A stretch of DNA of 64,000 nt from an uncultured Pseudomonadota bacterium (GTDB lineage: Bacteria > Oederibacteriota > Muellerivitia > Muellerivitales > Muellerivitaceae): positions 1,504,001 to 1,568,000 of the forward strand of contig CAWIIP010000002.1 in the NCBI GenBank assembly GCA_963836235.1, read 5' to 3'. The translations under genes were made by a program, and so were the position numbers. Under the pieces are notes generated by a model. The model saw nothing but the letters and a program-made list of their open reading frames with translations, was not told where the DNA came from and did no database searches. This document shows positions 29,809-40,322 of this stretch, in pieces (position 1 is the first letter of the stretch; each line of letters starts with the position of its first letter).

Positions 29809-32115
29809 TTGAAAGAAAACGATATTTTTTCAAGCTCGGAGAGCCAAGAAAAATTCCAAGTTTTATTTTTGAGCGCGTTGTTTGGAATTATTTTTTTTAG
29901 ATTATTTTTGAGTTTTTATCTCGGGGGCTCACCATCCAACCCGGGTTTGAACATACAAGATAACGTATTTAAAATTTATTTTTTAGGATGGACAGTTTTT
30001 CCCGTGGCGGGACTTTTGGCAGGCCGGGTCCTGGAAGACTTCCGACGAAAGGAAGGAATTCCGAGTCCTCATTTTTACCCTTTGATTATTTTTTTGAATT
30101 TCAACCTTATGTTGCTCATTCTTTATCCCCGTCAGTGGGATTCTTATACCGGGCTCATCCTGCTGATGGGATTCTTTTTCTTACAAGTCTCGGGGGTAAT
30201 CATCTTAAAAGTGATGAATAAAAATGAGGGATTTTGGGAAAGGACCCAGGGAAGAAAAAAGTTATATTTTTCAATATTTCCACTGCTGGTGCTTTGGGTT
30301 TTGTGCCTGCCTTGGGATTGGTGGAATTTATTAGGTCATCAAACCGTTTATAACTGGTTTTTTTTCGCTTGGACTGTTTGGCTGTTTCACTTCGGTATTC
30401 CCAATATTTCCAGGACCCCGTCGCCAAAGCCTTCTTCCCTACTGGGAGGTGTGGGAAAAAAAATATTTCTTTATGGGTTCACCTTTCTTTTTATCGCCTA
30501 TGTAGTCATCGATCCCTATTTTAGGTTTGACTTGACGCACCATTCCTTTTACTTAGGGCCATTGGCGGACATGTCCGCCGGTAAAACCCTATTGGTCAAC
30601 ATCAATGCCCAGTATGGAGTCATTGTTTTTTACTTCTTGAACCTCATTTTCCATCTGTTGCCCTTGGGTTTTATGTCCTTCACCCTGGTTGGTTTCATTC
30701 TTATCATCCTGCAATACCTCGTTTTTTATTTTATCGTCCGGCAGCTGTTCCGTTCAGAGGCGCTAGCCTACTTCTGTTTACTGGCGCTTTTGCTCATCAA
30801 CCATTTTTGTCCCCAACAGGATTTGCCCGGTTATTACCCCTCTACGGGCCCATTGCGCTTCGGATTCATCTATCTTCTGACGGGGCTGGTCGTCCTGCGC
30901 AACCGGAAACCAACGTGGGAAAGGCCGATCTTCCTTATGGAAGCCGCCGTCACCGCAGTGGCTTTTTTTTGGAGTTTCGAGGTTTGTGTTTATACGGTGA
31001 TAGCTTACGTGGGCTTGGTGTTTTATGAGTCGGCGGAATTTGAAAATGAAAGAATCGGGCTTAAGACCGTTCCTCTCAGCCGACGCCTTTCGACGCTCCT
31101 GGGCTTAACGGCCCTCGTGGGCGGCTTGCTTTACCTTTATACTTTCCAAAGGGCCCATGAATGGCCCAATTGGTCCTATTACTGGGATTATCTCTCGACC
31201 TATCGGAATGGATTAGGGATGCTTCCCACACCGGGGTTTGGCGGTTGGTGGGTCATTATCGGTGTGCTTTATTTTTCGGTTTTCGCCCTTTTGGGCTTTT
31301 TTTTCCTCTCATCGAAAGAAAAGAAGACAGTGGACTTGAACGTGGCGGTCCTTTTGACCTTTTATGGGATCACCCAATTCCTTTATTTCCTTGGCCGGTC
31401 CCATTACATTAACTTGTTTCATATCGCTATGCCGAGTCTTTTGGTCCTGGTCTTTTGGTTGTACTACTTGCGCTCTTGGGCGCCTTCCGAGGTTCCCAAG
31501 GGTGTTCAAAAAGGTTTTTTTACCTTGGTCGTGGTTCTGGGGGGATTAGGCCTTTCCCAAACCCTTCCTATCGCGGTGGGTATTCTTGAAAAGCGGATTA
31601 TCCCCCTGCCGAAGTTATTGAATCGTCTTTATTTGACCGCCCGGGACCTTCCTCGTGACAATGATTTCGCCCTCAATGCCGCCCGGCTGATGAAAAAATA
31701 TTCCGGCGATCAAAAGTCCCTGGTTTATTTTTTTGGCAAAAAAGATTTAGAAGTCTCCCTCTACGCGGGAAAAATGGAAACCTATCCCTACAACGACGTC
31801 ATTCAAGCTGACGCAATTCCTAGCGTCTCCCGTCGGATCATGGCCTTTGATCCGCTTCTGAAAACCGGGGATTATATTTATTTGTCAGAGGACTTAAACC
31901 AAGTCTATTATGAATATGATTATTCAGGAGTGTCTCGGAATGTTAAATCAACCCTTGAGCAAAAGCTTCTTTTAGGCCTTATCGCTAGGTTCGACTTACA
32001 GTTGATCGAAGAAAAAGACGGAATCGCCGTTTACCGGGTGCGGACAAAAAATGGAAAGCTCATTGACCCCACAGGAGTCGAAAATGACAATCTTTCTGAA
32101 AAAACTCGAAGCTGA
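29809..32115 (+). CDS. Large polytopic membrane protein, possible GT-C-fold glycosyltransferase
   Basis: 768 aa with many TM helices and a soluble C-terminal domain. The function is inferred from architecture only. Confidence 0.6.
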   Translation: MKENDIFSSSESQEKFQVLFLSALFGIIFFRLFLSFYLGGSPSNPGLNIQDNVFKIYFLGWTVFPVAGLLAGRVLEDFRRKEGIPSPHFYPLIIFLNFNLMLLILYPRQWDSYTGLILLMGFFFLQVSGVIILKVMNKNEGFWERTQGRKKLYFSIFPLLVLWVLCLPWDWWNLLGHQTVYNWFFFAWTVWLFHFGIPNISRTPSPKPSSLLGGVGKKIFLYGFTFLFIAYVVIDPYFRFDLTHHSFYLGPLADMSAGKTLLVNINAQYGVIVFYFLNLIFHLLPLGFMSFTLVGFILIILQYLVFYFIVRQLFRSEALAYFCLLALLLINHFCPQQDLPGYYPSTGPLRFGFIYLLTGLVVLRNRKPTWERPIFLMEAAVTAVAFFWSFEVCVYTVIAYVGLVFYESAEFENERIGLKTVPLSRRLSTLLGLTALVGGLLYLYTFQRAHEWPNWSYYWDYLSTYRNGLGMLPTPGFGGWWVIIGVLYFSVFALLGFFFLSSKEKKTVDLNVAVLLTFYGITQFLYFLGRSHYINLFHIAMPSLLVLVFWLYYLRSWAPSEVPKGVQKGFFTLVVVLGGLGLSQTLPIAVGILEKRIIPLPKLLNRLYLTARDLPRDNDFALNAARLMKKYSGDQKSLVYFFGKKDLEVSLYAGKMETYPYNDVIQADAIPSVSRRIMAFDPLLKTGDYIYLSEDLNQVYYEYDYSGVSRNVKSTLEQKLLLGLIARFDLQLIEEKDGIAVYRVRTKNGKLIDPTGVENDNLSEKTRS

Positions 32116-32129
32116 AAAGTGATTTAACC

Positions 32130-33029
32130 ATGGAATCCCACCCCCACCCTCCCCGCCAAAAGCAATTGCTTTGGGCCATAGCCATCACCAGCTTGGTTTT
32201 GATTTTGGAAGTTGTGGGCGGCATTCTATCGGGATCTTTGGCCCTCTTGTCCGACGCGGGCCACATGCTGACAGACTTGGCGGCCCTCTTGATTTCGCTA
32301 GTCGCGATGATCATGTCGGCTAAGCCGGCAAGCGCCCGTCATACCTATGGTTTCAAACGCTTGGAAGTACTAGCGGCGCTTGGAAACGCCATTACTTTCT
32401 TCCTCATGGTGGTGGGCGTGGGGTGGGAAGCGCTGAGCCGATTTGCCCATCCCTCCTTGCCCGATTGGAAGACCATGGGAATCATCGCGGCCATCGGACT
32501 ACTGGCCAACGCCCTTTCAGCTTGGTTCCTCCATGGAGCGGAAGAAGAAGACTTAAATATTCAAAGCGCCTGGGTGCATGTGATGGGCGACCTAGCCTCG
32601 TCCGTAGGGGTTTTGATCGGTGTTTTCGCCATCGCCAAAACCGGCTGGACCTGGGTGGACCCGGTTTTAAGCCTGGGTATCGCCCTGCTGATCGCCATGA
32701 GCGCCTTCAAACTTTTCATGAAGGCTCTTCATATTCTCTTGGAGTCCGCGCCCAAGGGACTTACGCCCGACCTTATCAGTGAAGCCTTAACCCTTGATGT
32801 TCCAGAAATTAAGGAAGTCCACCATGTCCATCTCTGGGAAGTAGGGTCCGGCGAAGTGCATTTAACCGCGCACCTTGTCGTGATGGACCGGCCTATCAGC
32901 CAAGGGCTTTCCATCATTCAGGAGGCTTCGGAAGTACTCGAACATAAGTTTTCAATCCATCACAGCACTTTTCAATTGGAACCACCTGCCCGCGTTCCTA
33001 TTCAAGGTCCGAAAAATCCAACAAACTAA
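32130..33029 (+). CDS. czcD: Cation diffusion facilitator (Zn/Co/Cd efflux)
   Basis: SLALLSDAGHMLTD, TYGFKRLEVLAA, WVHVMGD, HHVHLW, IHHSTFQLE. Confidence 0.92.
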   Translation: MESHPHPPRQKQLLWAIAITSLVLILEVVGGILSGSLALLSDAGHMLTDLAALLISLVAMIMSAKPASARHTYGFKRLEVLAALGNAITFFLMVVGVGWEALSRFAHPSLPDWKTMGIIAAIGLLANALSAWFLHGAEEEDLNIQSAWVHVMGDLASSVGVLIGVFAIAKTGWTWVDPVLSLGIALLIAMSAFKLFMKALHILLESAPKGLTPDLISEALTLDVPEIKEVHHVHLWEVGSGEVHLTAHLVVMDRPISQGLSIIQEASEVLEHKFSIHHSTFQLEPPARVPIQGPKNPTN

Positions 33030-33112
33030 AAAAGGGTGTTCCCAAAAAATGTCATTTTTATTGTGCACGCTTAGATCTTTTTGAACCATTTTTCGAGAAG
33101 ATCGAAGTTCGC

Positions 33113-33481
33113 TCAACTTTTTTGAGTTGAACAGGCCTTGAGCCATCCCTCTAGATATTTCCTGATCTCATTCAAACGTCGCACCCAACGGTCATGAAGT
33201 TCGGATGACAAAAGGTTCTTCTTCAGGCAAAGAGAGATCAAGGGAACGCATTCATGGGTAAGAGCCAAAGAATCCTGAAGATATTTTTCGGTGCGGGCCA
33301 CGCTGGAAGAATCCTGGGCAGCGCCAACCTTTTGAGATAACTCATGGATTTGGCGTTTCAGACGGGACACGGCTTCATGCTTCAAGGCCCAAGGCAGGTG
33401 CCGGTAAGTTTTATTGATTTCGCTAGCTAGATCACCGCAAAGGACAGCTATGTCGACGTTCAAGAAATCCGATAAAGGCAT
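33113..33481 (-). CDS. Four-helix-bundle protein (23S-IVP / Avd-like)
   Basis: 122-aa helical protein. LP...KH...SRL and the C-terminal LNEIRKYLEGWLK pattern resemble four-helix-bundle family members. Confidence 0.55.
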   Translation of the reverse strand: MPLSDFLNVDIAVLCGDLASEINKTYRHLPWALKHEAVSRLKRQIHELSQKVGAAQDSSSVARTEKYLQDSLALTHECVPLISLCLKKNLLSSELHDRWVRRLNEIRKYLEGWLKACSTQKS

Positions 33482-33556
33482 GGACTCATTTTATGGCAAT
33501 GTCGATCCCTTCCCAAGTTTTTAAGGGCAAGACTCGTTTTTTTTTGATTAATATCA

Positions 33557-35713
33557 TTATTTTTGTTGGCTGGTTTCAACTCGAGAAAGGGTTGTGAGTT
33601 GTTCGAGAATTTCAGGGGATATCCGGTAACGGGGATTGAGAAGACCGGCCTTCTGAAATAGTTTCAAAGCTTCAGCGTAACGACCTTGACCGGCTAGAAT
33701 GGCCCCTTTTTGTTGCTCTAAGGATCCCTCATAATAATCCCAAAGACCGCAGTTATAACCGTTTCTTCTAGCCCAACGAAGTGCTTGGGCCACAGCTGGA
33801 AGATTTCCCTGGTCAAGAAAGCATTGGAGTACCTTTTCCATCAGACAGGATTGCCACAGAGGGTCACCCAAAGTTTGAGCCTGTAATCGCGCCAGGGCTT
33901 CTAGGGCCGGGGCATAACCACCGCCAGTCGAACGGTTTAGGAATAAAGCATTGGCTTCTTCAAAGGCAAGATGAATTTTATTCCACCTTTGCTGGTCTTC
34001 CGGGAGCATGGAGTCCCAAGGAAGGAAACCCAGAATAAGGCCCCCATAGGGTTGGGTAGAGTCGAAAGGTAGGAGAGTCCATTGGCCCCTGGGAAATCGC
34101 TTTTGGAGGAAAGGGCGATAAAAGGAATTCACTAAAAGCGCAACCCAGGGTGTTCGACCAGAAGTGATTTGGGATTTTTCTACAAGATTAAAGGGATAGC
34201 AGGCTATTCGTAAAGTTTGATCAGGCAAGTGCACGTCCCCACTAAAGTCGGCGGCGAACTCGGTGAACACCCGCCCCGGCCCCAAATCATCGGCGGTTTT
34301 TTTCAGGATTTGATAAGCCTGGAATTTTGCCGCAGATTTGAACTCGCGATTGTGATTTCCAGGTAATTGCCATTGCCGAAAAGGACCTATCAACTGATAA
34401 GTATCAAGTGAAAATGAGAGAAAGAGTAAGATTACCAAGATTAAAGTGCGACGGTCAGGCTGAGTGTCCGCCAAGAGTTTTTGAAATCCCACGCAAGCTA
34501 ATCCCAAGCCAATGGGAAGAACCGCAGCAATTCTCATCATTTCCTGATTTCCCGATAAAAGTCCTGGCAGGAGCAGGAATATAAAAGCGAAAAGGCTTCC
34601 CCAAGCTTCCGCATGTTTCCTGAAGCGAGCGGCTTCAGCTATTCCAAGAAAAATGGCCGAGCTGATGACAGGATTCCACAATCCACCCCAAAATGCCGTG
34701 AATCGAAAATTCCCGTTCCAAGTCCCCCAAAAAAGAGCGGTGATATAAGAAAGAGAATCCCGTAGCCGATCAAAAAGCGGTTTTGTCGAGGAATTAAAAA
34801 GCCAGTTTTGGGTCATATGATGGCCGATACCGGAATGATAAACTTGCCATAATAATGGCCCCATAAAAACTAAGAATGAGGCCAAATAGGCGAAAAAGGA
34901 GATGTAGCCATTTTTTCTCCCTTGAATAAGTAACCAAATACCTAAAAAAGGGGGAATGGCAATCAAAAAATTGGTGAAATAATATCCGATACCTATAGTC
35001 GCACCGATAATCGTGGCCCAAACGATCCTATGGTTTACGGATGAAAAGTGCCAAGCCGTTAATCCTCCCCCTATGACGCATTCCAAGGCCAAAGCCAAGC
35101 TAACGTTAGGGCACATCGCTTCGATGAGAAGCGGCCAAAAACTGAAAGCAAGGAAAAAAAACATTAGGAAGGAAAAAGACCGATTGAAAAAAAAACGAGA
35201 TATCCCATAACCTATTAACAAGCAAAAAAAAGAAAAAAAACAAAGATAAAGCCAAACGGCACCCAAAGAAGGAGAAATGATTTTGTAAAAACTTGAAATT
35301 ATCCATAGATAACCAACCGGGACGTCAGCATAACCGTAAAAAAATTGATGATTCCAGTGCTGAGAAATTTTCCAGGCGAAAGTATCTAAAAAACCATTGT
35401 CGTAAATCGGCCAAATAATTAGGTTATTGGCTACAAACCAACGGGCAACAAAGGCTAATAAAAAGAGGAAAAAAAAAGATAAAAAAGACGGAGGATTGAA
35501 AAATTCCAATTTCCAGGGAGGAGTTATTTCTGGAAGTGGAGTTTTTTTAACAACGATCACAAAAGGAACAATGACCAGGAATCCAAATGTGAATACTTTT
35601 ACAATTAGTGGCACGGAAGAATAAGCCAATATTATATTGGCCATAAAGCTCAAAACAAAAAACTGAAAAGATGATATAGGTCTTATGAACAATTTATAGT
35701 TTGTTGGGCGCAT
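33557..35713 (-). CDS. GT-C (ArnT/PMT-like) membrane glycosyltransferase with C-terminal TPR, paralog 4
   Basis: WPIYDNG, FSFWP, WGGLWNP, FKS..KFQAY, PDQTL and a TPR-like C-terminus (GRYAEALKLFQKA). Confidence 0.7.
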   Translation of the reverse strand: MRPTNYKLFIRPISSFQFFVLSFMANIILAYSSVPLIVKVFTFGFLVIVPFVIVVKKTPLPEITPPWKLEFFNPPSFLSFFFLFLLAFVARWFVANNLIIWPIYDNGFLDTFAWKISQHWNHQFFYGYADVPVGYLWIISSFYKIISPSLGAVWLYLCFFSFFCLLIGYGISRFFFNRSFSFLMFFFLAFSFWPLLIEAMCPNVSLALALECVIGGGLTAWHFSSVNHRIVWATIIGATIGIGYYFTNFLIAIPPFLGIWLLIQGRKNGYISFFAYLASFLVFMGPLLWQVYHSGIGHHMTQNWLFNSSTKPLFDRLRDSLSYITALFWGTWNGNFRFTAFWGGLWNPVISSAIFLGIAEAARFRKHAEAWGSLFAFIFLLLPGLLSGNQEMMRIAAVLPIGLGLACVGFQKLLADTQPDRRTLILVILLFLSFSLDTYQLIGPFRQWQLPGNHNREFKSAAKFQAYQILKKTADDLGPGRVFTEFAADFSGDVHLPDQTLRIACYPFNLVEKSQITSGRTPWVALLVNSFYRPFLQKRFPRGQWTLLPFDSTQPYGGLILGFLPWDSMLPEDQQRWNKIHLAFEEANALFLNRSTGGGYAPALEALARLQAQTLGDPLWQSCLMEKVLQCFLDQGNLPAVAQALRWARRNGYNCGLWDYYEGSLEQQKGAILAGQGRYAEALKLFQKAGLLNPRYRISPEILEQLTTLSRVETSQQK

Positions 35714-36019
35714 AAAATGGAAAATCGGTTGAAAAACATAAGCTTTTTTTTAATTTTTGACTCCTAAGGTTTTTAAAACCCGTAAAGGAGGCCTGGGAAC
35801 GGCGTTCACAAGAGGGTTTTATTTTAAACTTTATTGGGATGGGTAATAGAATTATTTATAGGGATTTTGACAGCCAGACGAAAGTTTTATACACGGACTA
35901 TTTTGAAAGGGGCTCATAGGAAAGAAACAAGCCATAAGGAAAATGAAAAAGAAAGTCCGAGGTGTTCCTTGAGCATGGGAGGAAAAGAAAAGTTTTAAAA
36001 TATAGTTTTCACCTTTTAA

Positions 36020-38128
36020 TTAGTTCGCCGTGGTTCTTGGTTTTTGTAAAAAAGTCTCCGCATCCGTATGGTTGAAAGGAGCTTTCAAGGCCTTTTGAAA
36101 GGCTTCTTCCGCCTCTTTTTTATTACCGGCCATTGCGTCAAAAATCCCCAAATGTTCATATAAATGTGCCGCCGGGTATCCCTCTTGAGTGGCCTTCTCC
36201 AAAGCTTGAACGGCTTGTCGGTCGGAAGAGCCTGGTGTTAAAACGGATTCCTTAAAATATATGTCCGCGGCTTTTTCCCAAAAGCAGGACCTCAAAAAGG
36301 AATCCGAGTTAAAGGCCGGTTTGGCGTCGAACAAGGTTTTCAGGCTTTCCTGGTAGGTGCGGTCTGGGAAGTAACTGATGGTTTCGTCGATAAATGGATG
36401 AAGAGCCAAACTTGCCTCTTGCCAGTTTTTCAATTCCTTTATACGGGAAGAATCCAGCGGTATTACCCAAAGCATAAGGCCCCCGTCCGAAGATGACAAA
36501 TCTTTGGAGAGCCAGGCATAACGGCCATCTGGGAATCTCTTAGCCAAGAAAGGTTGGTAATTGACGTTGGTCAATACCGCAGCCCACTGGGCCTTTTCAA
36601 AGGAAAGATCCGGGTTTTCGGCGGCGTTGAAATCGTGGGCGGCCACGGTCAAGGTTTGATCCGGCAAACCCGGAATGAAATCATCGAAGAGGAGCCCTGG
36701 ACCCTTTTCCGAGGCGATTTGTTTGAGGAGTTCATAGGCCCGAAAGCGTTCCACGGATTTGGTATAACCCCGCCAAATGTCGGAAGTATCCCATAGATGG
36801 TGATAGACCCCAAACAAATGGTAAGAGTCCAGGCCCATTGCGGGGAGGAAAAGAAAGAGGCTTAAAACCATTCCTTTCCTATTGGGAAAGGAGGCACAAA
36901 GTTTTTGCCAACCCAAAGCCGTGATGACCAACATAACCGGAATCACCGGGACCATGCGAAAAGTTTCCCGGTCGCTTGTCAAAAGCCCCGGAAGGAGAAA
37001 AATGAAAAAGGCCCAAAGGAGCCAACGGTTCAAAGCAAGTTGACGGTTTTTCCATGTTTCCAAAAACCCCAGAAAAAAAAGAGAACCAAGAACTGGATTC
37101 AAGAAGCCTCCCCATAGGGGTTGATAAGTATGAAAATGAGTGTCCATTCCCCAGAAGAGAGCGCAAGGATAGGAAATTGAAACGGCGGCTTGTTGAATCC
37201 AAGAAGAGCTTTGATGGAAAATGGCCAGATGACGAAGATAAGAACCGTAACCCTGGGTGGCGCAGAGGTAAAAGAAGGGAAGGAATAGCAAGAAAAAGGG
37301 AAAAGCCCAAAAGAAAAAGGCTTGTTGAGAGACTTTTCCCGAGCTTTTCAAGCCATAAAGCAGGGTGGCCGCCAAAACCCCGGCAATGATCATCCAATGG
37401 ATGTGAATCAAAAAGCCAAAACCCAAGAGGAACCCCAAAGCCAAAGCCCATTTTTTCTGGGTCGAGGGAGACGAAGGGTGAAGAAAATTACCTAAAAAGT
37501 AGAAAGCCAGGCATTCAGCCAACAGAACAAGACCGGTCATAAAAGAAAATCTTCCCAAAAGCCAAGGCCAAAAACTAAAGGCCATCAGAAGGGCGAAAAG
37601 GAAAGAAAAAGATTTAGAAAAAAAACGGGTTGCGGCCCAATAGGCGGTAGGAACAACCAAAATGGAAACCAAGGCGGGAAGCAGCCAAAGGGAGAATAAA
37701 GAAGTCCCGAAAACTCGAAAGATTAAGCTGAGAAGCCAAATATAAAGGGGTGGAACGCGGCTATCGCCATAAAATAGCCGCCAATCCCATTTTTCATTTA
37801 ACTGGAGAGCATAATAGCCATAGACCCCCTCGTCATAGTGGGGCCAAACCGAAAGAGTAGTTAATTGGGAAAACCGCACGACTAAGGCCAAGATCCCAAT
37901 GAGGATCCACATCCAGGCGGGAATCGGGGGAAGGAATTCCGACTGATCTTTAGGTTTCTCCTCCCAGCTTTTGGCTTTACCGGTTCCAAGCCATAGCACC
38001 CCCGGCACCAAGAGACCCAGCAAGCCAATCCAGAGCTTAGCCTCCAGTGAAAAGGGAAAATAGGAAAGAACCGTATTCGCCGCCAAAAAGACGAGGAACA
38101 AGAAAAAGTTCCGCCGATTTTGGCTCAA
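36020..38128 (-). CDS. GT-C (ArnT/PMT-like) membrane glycosyltransferase with C-terminal TPR, paralog 3
   Basis: LTTLSVWPHYDEG, FSFWP, WGGFLNP, KSVERFRAY, PDQTL, GYPAA..LG...GNKKEAEEAFQKAL. Confidence 0.75.
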   Translation of the reverse strand: MSQNRRNFFLFLVFLAANTVLSYFPFSLEAKLWIGLLGLLVPGVLWLGTGKAKSWEEKPKDQSEFLPPIPAWMWILIGILALVVRFSQLTTLSVWPHYDEGVYGYYALQLNEKWDWRLFYGDSRVPPLYIWLLSLIFRVFGTSLFSLWLLPALVSILVVPTAYWAATRFFSKSFSFLFALLMAFSFWPWLLGRFSFMTGLVLLAECLAFYFLGNFLHPSSPSTQKKWALALGFLLGFGFLIHIHWMIIAGVLAATLLYGLKSSGKVSQQAFFFWAFPFFLLFLPFFYLCATQGYGSYLRHLAIFHQSSSWIQQAAVSISYPCALFWGMDTHFHTYQPLWGGFLNPVLGSLFFLGFLETWKNRQLALNRWLLWAFFIFLLPGLLTSDRETFRMVPVIPVMLVITALGWQKLCASFPNRKGMVLSLFLFLPAMGLDSYHLFGVYHHLWDTSDIWRGYTKSVERFRAYELLKQIASEKGPGLLFDDFIPGLPDQTLTVAAHDFNAAENPDLSFEKAQWAAVLTNVNYQPFLAKRFPDGRYAWLSKDLSSSDGGLMLWVIPLDSSRIKELKNWQEASLALHPFIDETISYFPDRTYQESLKTLFDAKPAFNSDSFLRSCFWEKAADIYFKESVLTPGSSDRQAVQALEKATQEGYPAAHLYEHLGIFDAMAGNKKEAEEAFQKALKAPFNHTDAETFLQKPRTTAN

Positions 38129-38150
38129 GGGAGGCGCCTTGGTAATGGTC

Positions 38151-40286
38151 TCATGGAAGCTTCCTCAAATTTAAAAGCGCCGGAGTATGGTTTAAAGGGG
38201 AATGTAAAGCCGCCTCGAAAGATTCACGAGCCTTGTCCTTGTCGCCCAACGTCCACCAAAGCACTCCTAAATCATTATATAAATTGGCGGCAGGGTATCC
38301 CAGTCGGATTCCACGGCTAAGGGCTTCCATCGATTTTGAATTATCGGAACAGGACAATCCGAAAAAAAATATTCTTTCGGCGATGAAGGATTCCAGAAAG
38401 GGATCCTTTCTTACCAAAGGTTCCAATTGAACTAATTTTTCTAGAACCCCTCGAGGCGGCTTTCCAAAGGGGGAATCAAACAATAAAGAAGTGATTCGAC
38501 GAAGCAACCTTTCGGTTTCCAACCAGTTGAAAAATTCTTTTTGATTGTCTCGTGTTATGGAAAAGATCCCCAATACCAGAGTTCCCTGGGGTGTGGCTGC
38601 ATCAGAAGTTAGTGGAAACCAATGGCTTTGGGGAAAACGCTGGGAAAGAAAAGGGGCAAAATTAATGTTGGTGAGAAGACCCGCCCAGTTGGCACTTTCC
38701 GGCGCAAGGCCCGGATTTCGTGCCGCATTGAAGGGGTAAACCGCTATAGCAAGAGTCTGGTCGAAAGGGCTTGTTTCCAATTCGGTAAAAATAAGGCCAG
38801 GTCCGCGAGCTCTCGACACGGATCCCAGAAGTTGAAAAGCGCGAAACCTTTCCATGGATTTAACGTCGAGAATAGCGGTCTGGGTACCGGAATGCCAAAT
38901 CTTTTGATAGGGTCCGAAAAGATGATAAATATCCATCCCAGAAGAAAGACACAAAAGAATAAAAACAACAGTAAGGCCCATTGGGCCGTTTCCCATCCAT
39001 TCGGAAAGCTCGTATAAACCCATGACACAAACAGTTAATAACATAGGAAACACCAGAAGCATACGAAGCATTTCCAAATCGTTTGAAAGTAGGGCTGGCA
39101 ATAAAAAAAGGCAAAGGCCAAAGAGTATCCAAGCCTTAAGGTGTTTTTCCTGGCTACGAAAGATGAAAATGAGGCCTAAAAGGAACAAAGTTCCGGCCAG
39201 GGGGTTTAAAAATCCTCCCCAAAAAGGTTTGAAAGCGAACCGATCAGTGTTTACCCCCCAAAATAAGCTCCCGAGGTATTGGGTGATAAGATGAAACTGT
39301 TCTTTTGGAGATGTTCCCCCCTGGAAGACCCAGCGAGATTTCAGGTAAATTCCATGGTTAGTTGAGAAGAAGATGATCAAGTACGGAAGCGAGGTTGAAA
39401 GCAAAAGCGTGAGAAAAGAAATCAAAATTCCTTTTCGACTTTCAAAATGGGGGATCACCATCCCTAAAACGGCTAAAAAAATGAAAGCGACCATCACCGG
39501 CCAATGGTGAAGAGTATAAAATCCCGTTCCCGTAAAAAAACCCAAGAATGCAGCGGTTATTTTCTTTATTTTGTTGGATGTTTGGCGTAGTAGGGTACCC
39601 AGCAAAGCAAGAACGGCCAACTGCCACAAAACCTCAATCTCATGGCCTTGACAGAAACGTCCCAAATAAAGAGGCTCAAAATTAAAGGCCCAAAGGCAGA
39701 TGAAAACGAAAGCAAAAGTTTCGGAGAAAAAAGCTTTGGCAGCCGCAAAGGCTAATGGAATGGTTAATAAGGATAAAATCGCCGGGAAAAGCCACAAGGT
39801 TTCAAGAGAAGGTCCTAATATCTTGAAAAATGTACCTAGACTCCAAACAAAAAGAGGAGGCCACTGAGCATATGAATAAAAAAAATGCCAATCCCCATTT
39901 TCAATTAATTCGATCCCATAGTACCCGCCCAATCCTTCTTCGCTTGTCGGCCAGGTAGATAAAGTCGTTAATTTGTAAAACCGTAATAGAATGGCGAGAA
40001 TCAAAAATACTACCCAGACCCATGTAGAAACGCGCGGGATAGATTCCCAGGAAAAAGCCGTTTTCGAAAGAACGGTAGGGGTCCAAATTTTTTTTAAAGC
40101 TATAACAAAAGGTATTCCAAGACCTATTAATCCAATCCACAATTTGGTTTCTAGGGAAATTGGAAAATAGGAAAGAAGAGTATTAGCGACCAGAAAAACA
40201 AAGAAATAAGTCCAGGGATTTCGAGCGAAGCGATCATTTTTACGGAAAAAAGAGGAGAATATTAATTCCATGAAAGATTTATCCAT
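38151..40286 (-). CDS. GT-C (ArnT/PMT-like) membrane glycosyltransferase with C-terminal TPR, paralog 2
   Basis: LTTLSTWPTSEEG, WGGFLNP, KSMERFRAF, FDQTL, GYPAANLYNDLG...ARESFEAAL. Confidence 0.75.
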   Translation of the reverse strand: MDKSFMELIFSSFFRKNDRFARNPWTYFFVFLVANTLLSYFPISLETKLWIGLIGLGIPFVIALKKIWTPTVLSKTAFSWESIPRVSTWVWVVFLILAILLRFYKLTTLSTWPTSEEGLGGYYGIELIENGDWHFFYSYAQWPPLFVWSLGTFFKILGPSLETLWLFPAILSLLTIPLAFAAAKAFFSETFAFVFICLWAFNFEPLYLGRFCQGHEIEVLWQLAVLALLGTLLRQTSNKIKKITAAFLGFFTGTGFYTLHHWPVMVAFIFLAVLGMVIPHFESRKGILISFLTLLLSTSLPYLIIFFSTNHGIYLKSRWVFQGGTSPKEQFHLITQYLGSLFWGVNTDRFAFKPFWGGFLNPLAGTLFLLGLIFIFRSQEKHLKAWILFGLCLFLLPALLSNDLEMLRMLLVFPMLLTVCVMGLYELSEWMGNGPMGLTVVFILLCLSSGMDIYHLFGPYQKIWHSGTQTAILDVKSMERFRAFQLLGSVSRARGPGLIFTELETSPFDQTLAIAVYPFNAARNPGLAPESANWAGLLTNINFAPFLSQRFPQSHWFPLTSDAATPQGTLVLGIFSITRDNQKEFFNWLETERLLRRITSLLFDSPFGKPPRGVLEKLVQLEPLVRKDPFLESFIAERIFFFGLSCSDNSKSMEALSRGIRLGYPAANLYNDLGVLWWTLGDKDKARESFEAALHSPLNHTPALLNLRKLP

Positions 40287-40322
40287 TTATTGAAAAGGCT
40301 ATGAATGATTGAGAGAAATTCT

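Noticed and set aside
33113-33481. Diversity-generating retroelement
   Set aside because: There is no reverse transcriptase. The repeat pairs in the window do not show adenine-specific mismatches.
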